Of a DNA stretch of 64,000 bases, positions 54,614 through 64,000 are shown one piece after another. Within the stretch, counting starts at the first letter, position 1, and every line of letters starts with the position of its first letter. Source of the DNA: a virus; IMG/VR virus record IMGVR_UViG_3300037553_000311, positions 1 to 64,000 of that record. One strand, written 5' to 3'. The notes under the pieces are model-generated. The model did no database searches and was not told the origin of the DNA. It was given only the letters and a program-made list of their open reading frames with translations. The position numbers and the translations under genes were made by a program.

Positions 54614-54933
54614 GATGTTATATCCTTTAGTTATGTAGTAATAGGTCATCCTAATACTATAGTATCGCATCTAGTATAATAGTCTACATATGAGTAGTAA
54701 CTTATTTACCCTACTGATGTATTCATGTAAATCTGGTAATATTATAGCTGACATAAGATCAGTCACTATTTCAGGTATATATCACTATAGTAGATATACA
54801 TCAGATACTACTTTGATGTACCTCCACTGATCTAGCGATTAGTAGATATACATCAGATACTACTTTGATGCACATTTATCTTAACCAAGTACATGGTATG
54901 ACATCATGTACACATATTAAATAGGAGATCATA

Positions 54934-55131
54934 ATGATTGAAACATTCAGGTACGAAAAGAATAATCATCAACCAATTAGAGTACTCGGTAATATAAATG
55001 ACCAAGTCGAGTATATGGATGAAAGCGCTATAGATTCTCATACACGTATATATCACTTTGGTGACAATATGTCTATCATTGATGCTATGGGTGAATCACG
55101 AGAGTATTTCGGTAGCACTTTTGTAGTTTAG
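54934..55131 (+). CDS. Small early protein
   Basis: Promoter at 54769, hairpins and AGGAG RBS. Confidence 0.6.
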   Translation: MIETFRYEKNNHQPIRVLGNINDQVEYMDESAIDSHTRIYHFGDNMSIIDAMGESREYFGSTFVV

Positions 55132-55258
55132 TAATGTAACATAATAAGTGTATACTATATTATGAAACCCTTGGTATACTACATTAGTAGTTACCAAATG
55201 GTATAAATACCGTATGTCACATAATCGTGACTAATATATTATCCTAAGGAGGATATCC

Positions 55259-56830
55259 ATGCCAGTAATCGAAAGTGTAAAAGATCAAGAAGTAGGTAAT
55301 CCAGTATCTGGTACTATCAATGAGCGCCCAGCAGCTCCAACGATTGGTGACATCATGAGTATTCATGGTATCAGAGGAGGTCAGTCTCAAGAAGCCTCTG
55401 AATATATCGATCGTATCAAGAAAGCTGTACAAGCTTTCACCACTACTGAGAAAGTACAAGTACGACGTCTCGGTAATGATGAAAACATTACCGTGTTTAC
55501 AGTAGGTAAAGATTCAGTGATCCTCAGGACAGATTCTGAAGTAGTATCTAATCTCAATGAACTATTAGTAGAAGCTGATCTTCAGCGTGTCTATAAAGAG
55601 TTCAAAGCGATTTACCCTGAGAATCAGTTAATCAACATCATCGCATGTAATAAGTACATGTACGGGAAAGCTTCCCAGATGACTACTTACATTAAAGAAT
55701 TATTACATACTCGTAACTCTGAGTTCATTAAGAACTTCACAGTGAAATCATTCACTCGTAAGTATAAGCTCGAAATCGATACTGATGTAACTGCCGTGAA
55801 ACAGTATCTTGAGATGAATAGCCCTAATGCTACACGTACTGTAGACTTCGGGTTCACAGCATCAGTAGTAGATAATGAGCAAGATAGTAGTGGTGGATAT
55901 CAGAAGCGTGAACCTATCTTCGCTGTCAGTGGATATGTAGACTTTGTTGAGATCGCTCAAAGTAGCGGATATATCGCTGGTTTCAGCACAGGACCAAGTC
56001 GATTCCAACCGATAATTCACGTGACTGAAATCTGTAGTACTATCGTATCATCTAAGATACTTGCACTCGCTATCCCATTAGCAGCAGAGATCTTTGTCAA
56101 TCGGGAATTGTGGAAGACACCATTCCTCACGCTTGGACGTACTGATATCAATATCGGTAATCTTCTTCTTGATCCAGAGAAGAATACTCCATATAAAGCA
56201 AAGACAGCTACTGATATCGCTCGTACATTTACTAATATCGAACCACCATTATTCACAGTAGATGTAATCAGTGGAGCTGCTGGTCTTCCTGGTCTGAATC
56301 GTTTCACTAACCCAGATCGTCATCACCTTATCTCTCAAGATATTGCTGACTTCTTGGATACAGATGAAAGAGGAATTCTCCCATCAGATGGAAAAGCAGT
56401 ATCCTATAATGTCGATCGTGAGATTGTAGGTATCGTGGAATCAGCTAAAGGTCTCAAAGGTGCTTCGTTATTAGACACTAGAGATATCAGTTACCTATTC
56501 GCTACATCTCTCTTGGGATATAGTGATAAGATACGCCACCTCATGCGTGGTAGTAGTGATCCAATTGCCAAATATGAACTCATCAAAGAGATCATCGGTG
56601 AAGTAATCCCTACAGGTCTCAATACGATCGCATTGATCAATGGTGATTTTATCACTAAGATAGCTGTCATCATCTCATCTAAGATCGACATCGTATTACC
56701 GACTAACAATACTGCTCAGCAGATAGATATCTCCAAATACACTGATCTCACTTACAATGGTGTAAGTACGTTCAGTACATCTAACAATAGTAATATGAAC
56801 TTTCAGCAAGGTAGTTATACCAGCTACTAA
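55259..56830 (+). CDS. chmA: Candidate chimallin (phage nuclear shell protein)
   Basis: Early promoter upstream, AGGAGG RBS, MCP-like codon usage, upstream of nvRNAP beta' as for phiKZ gp54-gp55; VSGYVDF...FQPIIHVT resembles chimallin from recall. Confidence 0.55.
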   Translation: MPVIESVKDQEVGNPVSGTINERPAAPTIGDIMSIHGIRGGQSQEASEYIDRIKKAVQAFTTTEKVQVRRLGNDENITVFTVGKDSVILRTDSEVVSNLNELLVEADLQRVYKEFKAIYPENQLINIIACNKYMYGKASQMTTYIKELLHTRNSEFIKNFTVKSFTRKYKLEIDTDVTAVKQYLEMNSPNATRTVDFGFTASVVDNEQDSSGGYQKREPIFAVSGYVDFVEIAQSSGYIAGFSTGPSRFQPIIHVTEICSTIVSSKILALAIPLAAEIFVNRELWKTPFLTLGRTDINIGNLLLDPEKNTPYKAKTATDIARTFTNIEPPLFTVDVISGAAGLPGLNRFTNPDRHHLISQDIADFLDTDERGILPSDGKAVSYNVDREIVGIVESAKGLKGASLLDTRDISYLFATSLLGYSDKIRHLMRGSSDPIAKYELIKEIIGEVIPTGLNTIALINGDFITKIAVIISSKIDIVLPTNNTAQQIDISKYTDLTYNGVSTFSTSNNSNMNFQQGSYTSY

Positions 56831-57146
56831 TCATCCTAAGTCTATCATCCTCCATAGCATACCTATCTAGGTATGCTATGGAGCATTTAGTGTGTCATGT
56901 AGCTTCTCTTTTTATGCACTCTTAGGAGTAGCAATAAGTATCTACTACTCCTAAGAGTGTAGTTCATCAGTAGCTTACTATTTCAGGAGGAATGTGTCCT
57001 CACTACATCTCAGGTATATATTACCATAGTAGATGTACATCAGATACTACTTGATGTACATCTACTGATCTAGTAATGAGATAACGTATAGAATAATCTA
57101 TACACATGCTAAAAGTCAGATATCTGACATGATACCTTAGGAGGGT

Positions 57147-58262
57147 ATGAATATGAAAGTAAGTAATGAAGTAATTATTACCGATGGATGTGATTTCGAT
57201 AAAGCAGCTATAGACACCGCTGGTAATATCATCTGCATTGGCACTGTCAGATCGGAAGAATCTGATACTAACTTTCCACTAATAGTTAAGTATGATGTCA
57301 ATGGTGATATCATACTTAAGAAGATGTATTATGATATTAATTTAGATAAGATCCGTGGAGTAACCACTGATTCTAATGGAGACATCATCTGCATTGGCAC
57401 TGTCAGATCGGAAGAATCTGATACTAAATATCCATTAATAGTTAAGTTTGATACTAATCTTAATGTACTAGCTAAGATGATATGTGATACTGGTGATGAT
57501 TGGTTCAATAAAGTTACCACAGATGCTAATGACAATATCATCTTAGCTGGATGTGCTCTCTCAGAAGAAATTAGTGGTATTGATGCATTAGTGGTTAAGT
57601 ATGACCCTAATCTCAATATACTAGCTAGAAAAACATATGGCGATGGTGGTGAGGAATTTAACCAAGTAACCACTGATTCTAGTGGTAATGTCATATGTGT
57701 TGGATGGACAAATTCAGAAAGAATTGGTACTAATGCCGATGCATTAGTGGTCAAATTTGACAATGACCTTAACATAATTACTAGTAATACATATGATGAT
57801 ACCGATATTGATTGGTTCTATGGTGTAGCTATAGATTCCAATAACAACATCATATGTGTTGGACATACTAGCTCAGGTAGTACGTCAGGAGCTGATTGTT
57901 ATGATGCATTAGTGGTTAAGTATGACACTAATCTTAACATGCTAGCTGATACGATATATAGTGGTATTGGTAATGATTGGTTCGATGCAGTAATCACTGA
58001 TTCTAGTGGTAATGTCATATGTATTGGATGTACTGATTCAGGTAGTACGTCAGCAGCTGGTAATTATGACATGCTAGTGTCGAAGTATGACGCTGATCTC
58101 AATGTATTAGATAGTAATACATATGGTGATACTAGTAGTGATGAATTATATGCAGTAGCTACTAATCATAACGGTGATATAGTATGTGTTGGAGATACAT
58201 TATCAGATAGTACGTCAGGACCTAGTAATTATGTTATACGAGTAGTAAAGTTCACTAGCTGA
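57147..58262 (+). CDS. Beta-propeller repeat protein (about 7 blades)
   Basis: Blade repeats and shared leader. Confidence 0.85.
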   Translation: MNMKVSNEVIITDGCDFDKAAIDTAGNIICIGTVRSEESDTNFPLIVKYDVNGDIILKKMYYDINLDKIRGVTTDSNGDIICIGTVRSEESDTKYPLIVKFDTNLNVLAKMICDTGDDWFNKVTTDANDNIILAGCALSEEISGIDALVVKYDPNLNILARKTYGDGGEEFNQVTTDSSGNVICVGWTNSERIGTNADALVVKFDNDLNIITSNTYDDTDIDWFYGVAIDSNNNIICVGHTSSGSTSGADCYDALVVKYDTNLNMLADTIYSGIGNDWFDAVITDSSGNVICIGCTDSGSTSAAGNYDMLVSKYDADLNVLDSNTYGDTSSDELYAVATNHNGDIVCVGDTLSDSTSGPSNYVIRVVKFTS

Positions 58263-58584
58263 GATCATACATGATCTAAACATTCCCATAGCATACCGAT
58301 ATCAGGTATGCTATGGGTTTATTATTTTTTATGCACTCTGAACATGAGTAGATATCTTTACTTACTCTCAAGAGTGAATCCATCTAATATACTACTATTT
58401 CAAGTATATATCATTATAGTAGAAGGTATCAGCTACTACTTGATACCTACCACTGATCTTCGATTAGTAGTAAGTATCAGATACTACTTTGATGTACATC
58501 TACTAATCTAGCGAATATATAGCGTATAGAATAATCTATACGTACACTAAACGTCAGATATATGACACGATACCTTAGGAGGGT

Positions 58585-59289
58585 ATGAATATGGAAGTAA
58601 GTAATGAAGTAATGAATATATATGGTAATGATGGAGATCAATTCGATAAAGCAGCTATAGACACCGCTGGTAATATCATCTGCATTGGACATGTTAAATC
58701 AGAAGGATCTGATACTAAATATCCATTAGTAGTTAAGTATGATACTAATCTTAATGTACTATTTAAGAAGATGTATTATGATATTAATTTGGATGAGTTC
58801 CGTGGAGTAACTACGGATTCTAGTGGTAATATCATCTGCATTGGATGGACTGTCTCAGAAGAAACTGATTCTGATGTTGCAGTGGTAGTCAAGTTCGATA
58901 CTAATCTTAACATAATCGCTAAGAGAATATATGGTGATAGTGGTGGTGATTGGTTCAATGGAGTAGCTACTGACTCTAGTGGTAATGTCATCTGTGTTGG
59001 ACATACTACCCCAGGTAGTACGTCAGGAGCTGGTAGTTATGATGCATTAGTAGTCAAGTTCGATACTAATCTTAACATAATCGCTAAGAGAATATATAGT
59101 GATAGTGGAGATAGTGGTGATGAATTTGACCAAGTAACTACTGACTCTAATGATAATGTCATCTGTGTTGGATGGACTGATTCAGAAGGAGCTGGTAGTT
59201 CTGAATATCCTAATCGTGTAGATGCATTAATAGTGAAGTATGATAGTGATCTTGATATACATTGGACGTACTCATTCAGAAGTATCTAG
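58585..59289 (+). CDS. Beta-propeller repeat protein, short form (about 4 blades)
   Basis: Blade repeats and shared leader. Confidence 0.82.
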   Translation: MNMEVSNEVMNIYGNDGDQFDKAAIDTAGNIICIGHVKSEGSDTKYPLVVKYDTNLNVLFKKMYYDINLDEFRGVTTDSSGNIICIGWTVSEETDSDVAVVVKFDTNLNIIAKRIYGDSGGDWFNGVATDSSGNVICVGHTTPGSTSGAGSYDALVVKFDTNLNIIAKRIYSDSGDSGDEFDQVTTDSNDNVICVGWTDSEGAGSSEYPNRVDALIVKYDSDLDIHWTYSFRSI

Positions 59290-59584
59290 TAGTGATGATA
59301 CATGATCTAAACATACCCATAGCATACCTGATATCGGTATGCTATGGGAATATTATTTTTATGCACTCTGAACATGAGCAAACATCTTTACCTACTCTCA
59401 AGAGTGAATCCATCTAATATACTACTATCTCAAGTATATATTACTATAGTAGAGATGCATCAGATAATACTTGATACATCTCTACTGATCTTCGATTAGT
59501 AGAAGGTATCAGATAATACTTGATACCTCCTACTAGATCAGATAGCGCATCATATTAATAATCACACATAGGAGATACCACATC

Positions 59585-61090
59585 ATGAAAGTACTACCAA
59601 AGATACTCAACCTAGACGAGCTCTATCATAAGACCCCTAACAAAATCATCTTCAATGAACTACTCATCAGTAAGACACCAGAAGAAATCATAGATATCAT
59701 CTGTGATGTAGGTAGTGATAAATCAGACACATTAGCTAGATGCTCATGTGATGCACTCGTAGGTAATTATTACGAAGGTCTCATCTGCGCTAAGTGTAAT
59801 TCTAAATGCATCAGTTCACTCTACTCTAATATCACAATAGATACATGGCTAGAGATACCTAACTCTATAACTAAAGTACTCAATCCACAAGTATATATCA
59901 TCCTATCTAAATGGATGGGTAATAATGCTAAGAAGGTACCTTACCTAGATACTATCGTCAATATCAAAGCTGAACTAGATGAAGAACTCAAGCCTCATAT
60001 ATTAGGTCAAGGCTTCAATTACTTCTATAGTAACTTCAGTTCTATAATCAATCACTTTGCTAATATCAGAGCTAAGAAACCTTCTACTAAAGCATTACTC
60101 AAGTTCCTAGATAATAATAAGCATAATATGTGGTGCACTAAGCTACCAACTGTCAGTAGTATATTACAACCAGTGACTAAAGCTAATGGATTTGTAAGAT
60201 ATGTATATCCTAATATCGGATACCTCATCAAGTCTATTATCAATCTCAATGGTATACTCTTATCAGAGAAGATGATGAACTTTAGTGTGAATCATATAGA
60301 GAGACATTTCTTCGCTGTATATTCAGCATTCATTGATTATGTCACAACTATAGCTAAAGAACGTCTCCCAGCAAAGAAGCATCTACTACGTAAACATATA
60401 TTTGGTAGTAGACTCCATTGTACAGCTAGGTCAGTAGCTATACCACTCATAGTAAATCATGAAGCAGATGATGTACATATCCCATGGAAGATAGGAGTAT
60501 CTTGCTGGAAGTATCACATCATCTCTATGTTGATCAATAGACATAGTCACACGATAGCTGATGCATTTAACAGAGTATCTAAAGCTATCAATGTATATGA
60601 TCACACGATAGATAAGATAATGCAAACACTCATCAAAGAGTGCCCGTATAAAGGTCTACCAGTACTAATCAATCGGAACCCTTCACTACAGATCGGTTCT
60701 ATACAGTTACTCTTTGTAACTAAAATCAAACCAGGTTTCACTAAACCACCAACACTGATTGAAGAAGACTCAGTGGATAATATGATACTAACAGGTGGAA
60801 AGGTCACGAATAAGGTAAAGTATAAGTTTCCAAAAGAAGTGACATTAGCTGTAGACGATGGTACCATAGCATCATCTCCACTAATCATCGCTGGTTTCAA
60901 TTTAGATTATGATGGGGATGAGTTACATGTATTCCCAATATTCGAGATGAACATGGTACCTAAGTTAAAGGTACTACATCCAGTATCAAAGATATTCAGC
61001 AGTAAGTACATCGGAGTTTCTAATGATGTATCACTTAGTAACCAGCAGTTTATTCTCCTAGACGGGTTTGTAAACGATCCTGATATCTGA
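59585..61090 (+). CDS. Non-virion RNA polymerase beta' N-terminal subunit (phiKZ gp55-like)
   Basis: CSC...CAKC Zn finger, RKHIFGSR..TARSV, NRNPSL, catalytic NLDYDGDE. Confidence 0.88.
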   Translation: MKVLPKILNLDELYHKTPNKIIFNELLISKTPEEIIDIICDVGSDKSDTLARCSCDALVGNYYEGLICAKCNSKCISSLYSNITIDTWLEIPNSITKVLNPQVYIILSKWMGNNAKKVPYLDTIVNIKAELDEELKPHILGQGFNYFYSNFSSIINHFANIRAKKPSTKALLKFLDNNKHNMWCTKLPTVSSILQPVTKANGFVRYVYPNIGYLIKSIINLNGILLSEKMMNFSVNHIERHFFAVYSAFIDYVTTIAKERLPAKKHLLRKHIFGSRLHCTARSVAIPLIVNHEADDVHIPWKIGVSCWKYHIISMLINRHSHTIADAFNRVSKAINVYDHTIDKIMQTLIKECPYKGLPVLINRNPSLQIGSIQLLFVTKIKPGFTKPPTLIEEDSVDNMILTGGKVTNKVKYKFPKEVTLAVDDGTIASSPLIIAGFNLDYDGDELHVFPIFEMNMVPKLKVLHPVSKIFSSKYIGVSNDVSLSNQQFILLDGFVNDPDI

Positions 61091-61264
61091 CCATATTACA
61101 CTCTAATCTCTATAGCACACTATTACAGTGTGCTATAGAGATTATGTAATAACTTTTAATAGCATCTTACCTATATTATGAGAGATACGTCGTCCCACAT
61201 GGAGTTCGTATCAAATACGATAATCAACACGATAAGTTAGTCGTGACATTTAAGGAGAAGTATA

Positions 61265-63070
61265 ATGAATTCATTAACAGCACCTGGTAAGATGCACTGT
61301 TTCAACTGTGGAAAATACAAGCTAGAGAAACACTTCATGGGTAAACCATCTGGACGATTTGCAATCTGTATGAATTGTATTAATGAGTATCTACCTAACG
61401 ACAAAGCTCAAATCACTGACATGAAACCAGTTCATTCTGGAATGTGTACTAGTGATAAATGTAATCGTACTACTGACCTATATACATTCAATGACAAGAT
61501 CATATGCTTACCATGTTTATATAAGTTATTAGTTAGTTGTATGACTGGTGATAATAGTAATTATATTACATGCTCTCGATGTGGAGACAATCAACCGATA
61601 TCTTCTTTTGCTAATAGTGGTAGAACAGTTAACTGGGGTAAGAAGTCAATATGTCGAGGATGTATCAGTGGGAGCGATCACGTTAAGCATAAACTTATAT
61701 CAGATATGACTGATAAAGAAATTACAATCACTGAGAAGAAGTGTGGTCATTGTGGAGTAGTGAAAACTATCAATCACTTCAATCGCCGGAATACTTCAGA
61801 CGATGGTCTTGCCACACATTGTCAGGTATGTACTAAGTATATAAGAGATTGTCGAACAGCTAATTTAGCTAAGCTTCCAGATAAGAATCTACCTATCGAT
61901 GAATATACTGATCTATTAAAACATGTTCACTTCATATGCATCAAATGTAATTCACCCAAACAACTTTCTAATTTCCCTAGCTTTAAAGATACATATAAAC
62001 ATGTATGCAATAGTTGTACAACATCCAGATTATCAACAACAGCTACTAGTACGTATGCTGATTTTCAAATCAAGTACAAAGCGGCTAATACTAATCTAGA
62101 ACACGAAGATGTCCAAAGGTGCTCTAATTGTAAATCGATCAAACCACTATCTCATTTTCATCAGCACCTCAATGGTGTAGGGGGTGGAATTTCAAAGACC
62201 ACGTCATGGTGTAAAGCTTGTAGGGTAATTCAGGCAAAGGATCGATGGGGAGATATAAAAGATCATCATGCGGGTGTATGTAAGAAATATAAAGCTAAAT
62301 TCCCTGAGAGACGTCTAGCTACTAATTTAGTTAGAACCTCTTTGTTAGATGTCGATGGTATCGTATCTAGATTACCAAATAATTATGTCTATCATCATTG
62401 GAACTATTCTACTGAACATCACTTAGATGTTATCCAATTGAGTAAAGCTATTCATATCAACTTACATTTAAGATTAGAATATCATAGAGATCTTGAAACA
62501 GGTACATTCATATTTAGAGATAAGAAAACAGGTGAGCTTTTAGATACTAAAAAGAAGCACGTGTTGGTTATTGATGAGATCAAAAGTTCAAATCCTAAAC
62601 TAATTGAACCTATAATAAGTGATCGTCAAGGATTGAAGACTAAATATATAACTAGTAATAAACCTTATGCTAATTTGATAGTACCTGTCACAGATGAGAC
62701 TGAAAAGGTATTCTGTAGGTCTTGTAAAAACTATCTACTGCCTGCATATTTTAATGAGGTACAGACTAATGGTAATGTTAAATTCATTTATGATGTTTGT
62801 ACTAGATGTAATACTGTATTAGGAGCTAGACACGATGTGAATAATGATCCAGAAATCAGTAGTATAGATGAGTTGAATACTAAGGATACTCGTGATTACA
62901 GTATCGTTTCGAAACATTGCTATGGGTGTTTAGAATTGAAACCGTTAGCATCATTTCCTCGATCAGCTGCTAATATTTTAACTGGTAGGCATCGGTATTG
63001 CGCCGATTGTGCTAAGTATATACGTGGTACTGACAGTAAACAGGATCACATCAATCATGATGAGTTGTAG
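61265..63070 (+). CDS. Multi-zinc-ribbon protein with a putative HNH nuclease domain
   Basis: Many CxxC pairs of the KxCxxC..K....F type; YHHWNY...DVIQL..AIHINLH is HNH-like. Confidence 0.6.
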   Translation: MNSLTAPGKMHCFNCGKYKLEKHFMGKPSGRFAICMNCINEYLPNDKAQITDMKPVHSGMCTSDKCNRTTDLYTFNDKIICLPCLYKLLVSCMTGDNSNYITCSRCGDNQPISSFANSGRTVNWGKKSICRGCISGSDHVKHKLISDMTDKEITITEKKCGHCGVVKTINHFNRRNTSDDGLATHCQVCTKYIRDCRTANLAKLPDKNLPIDEYTDLLKHVHFICIKCNSPKQLSNFPSFKDTYKHVCNSCTTSRLSTTATSTYADFQIKYKAANTNLEHEDVQRCSNCKSIKPLSHFHQHLNGVGGGISKTTSWCKACRVIQAKDRWGDIKDHHAGVCKKYKAKFPERRLATNLVRTSLLDVDGIVSRLPNNYVYHHWNYSTEHHLDVIQLSKAIHINLHLRLEYHRDLETGTFIFRDKKTGELLDTKKKHVLVIDEIKSSNPKLIEPIISDRQGLKTKYITSNKPYANLIVPVTDETEKVFCRSCKNYLLPAYFNEVQTNGNVKFIYDVCTRCNTVLGARHDVNNDPEISSIDELNTKDTRDYSIVSKHCYGCLELKPLASFPRSAANILTGRHRYCADCAKYIRGTDSKQDHINHDEL

Positions 63071-63554
63071 ATCAGAATGTCTAAGTAAGTCAAGCATATA
63101 TCTTATATAGATGAACTCTATACTAAACTCTCATAACGCTCTCTACATCGGGAGCGTTATGAGAGAGCGTGTGATGATGTTTTTATTAGCTGATGATCCA
63201 CTCTAATAATAGAGCTTCTCTTTTTTTACGGATGCACTTTCAGCATGAGATAATATCTTTTACTACTACTCAAAGTGCATATATTTTTAGTATAGAATCA
63301 GATGGTAAATGTAGATATTCATATCGGATCTTTGATATATCCCTAGTTACTATATAAGCTCTATATTTCAGGTATATATTACTATAGTAGAGATGCATCA
63401 GATGATACTTGATGCATCTCTACTGATCTCTGATTAGTAGATGTGCATAAGATACAACCTGATGTACATCTACTGATCTAGTAATGAGATAGCGTATAGA
63501 ATAATCTATACACACGCTAAAAGTCAGATATCTGACATGATACCTTAGGAGGGT

Positions 63555-64000
63555 ATGAATATGAAAGTGAGTAATGAAGTAATGAATATCTATGGTAACG
63601 ATGGAGATCAATTCGATAAAGTAGCGATAGATTCTAGTGGTAATGTCATCTGTGCTGGTACTATCGGATCAGAAGGGACTGGTAGTCATGTGGGTATATT
63701 AATAATCAAGTATGATATTAACCTTAATGTACTAGTTAGAAAGGTATATGGTGGTAGTGGTGGTGATAGGTTCGGACAAGTAACTACGGACTCTAATAAT
63801 AACGTCATCTGTGTTGGATATACACTATCAGGAAGAGCTGGTGATTATGATACACTAGTAGTGAAGTTTGATAGTGATCTTAATCTACTAGCTAGGAAGA
63901 CATATGGTGGTATTATTTTGGATGAGTTCAGTGCAGTAGCTACTGACTCTAATGATAATGTCATCTGTGCTGGGTATACTACTAGTGAAGATAATTGTTA
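63555..64000 (+). CDS. Beta-propeller repeat protein, 5' part (runs off the window)
   Basis: Leader block, then MNMKVSNEVMNIYGNDGDQFDKVAIDSSGNVIC... Confidence 0.85.
   Translation, partial: MNMKVSNEVMNIYGNDGDQFDKVAIDSSGNVICAGTIGSEGTGSHVGILIIKYDINLNVLVRKVYGGSGGDRFGQVTTDSNNNVICVGYTLSGRAGDYDTLVVKFDSDLNLLARKTYGGIILDEFSAVATDSNDNVICAGYTTSEDNC

Noticed and set aside
1-64000. TAG stop-codon recoding suggested by abundant tag trinucleotides
   Set aside because: Core genes are full length in the standard code, and TAG ends genes at sensible positions (e.g. phuZ, nrdJ, dnaB).

Overview
AT-rich fragment of a phiKZ-like jumbo phage, probably nucleus-forming (Chimalliviridae-type). Core genes: PhuZ tubulin, a candidate chimallin, the N-terminal nvRNAP beta' subunit, terminase, prohead protease, major capsid protein, DnaB, UvsX/RecA, SbcC, RuvC, class II RNR, ThyX-like, dNMP kinase, a split family-B DNA polymerase and a baseplate/virion block. 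No tRNA, rRNA or CRISPR array could be supported. A reusable non-coding kit is spread across this backbone: (i) a conserved palindromic terminator, (ii) a bulged hairpin, (iii) a TATAT[T/C]A early-type promoter (14 copies, all on +), (iv) 1-3 tandem ~48-nt stem-loops with compensatory stem changes and a conserved 11-nt loop, and (v) a fixed leader/RBS block. The kit drives a dispersed family of mosaic beta-propeller repeat genes that share blades at the DNA level, plus small membrane peptides. Some of these cassettes are flanked by direct repeats or sit between normally adjacent core genes, which suggests a cassette-shuffling/diversification system. Other highlights: a ~3.4-kb gene-free region bounded by long inverted repeats (origin or ncRNA candidate), recurrent micro-inversions of hairpin loops, a DNA polymerase cut just before motif A by a copy of a repeat element, and an active/inactive ClpP pair beside the head protease. 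Family assignments rest on motifs and gene order recognised by eye, not on database searches.
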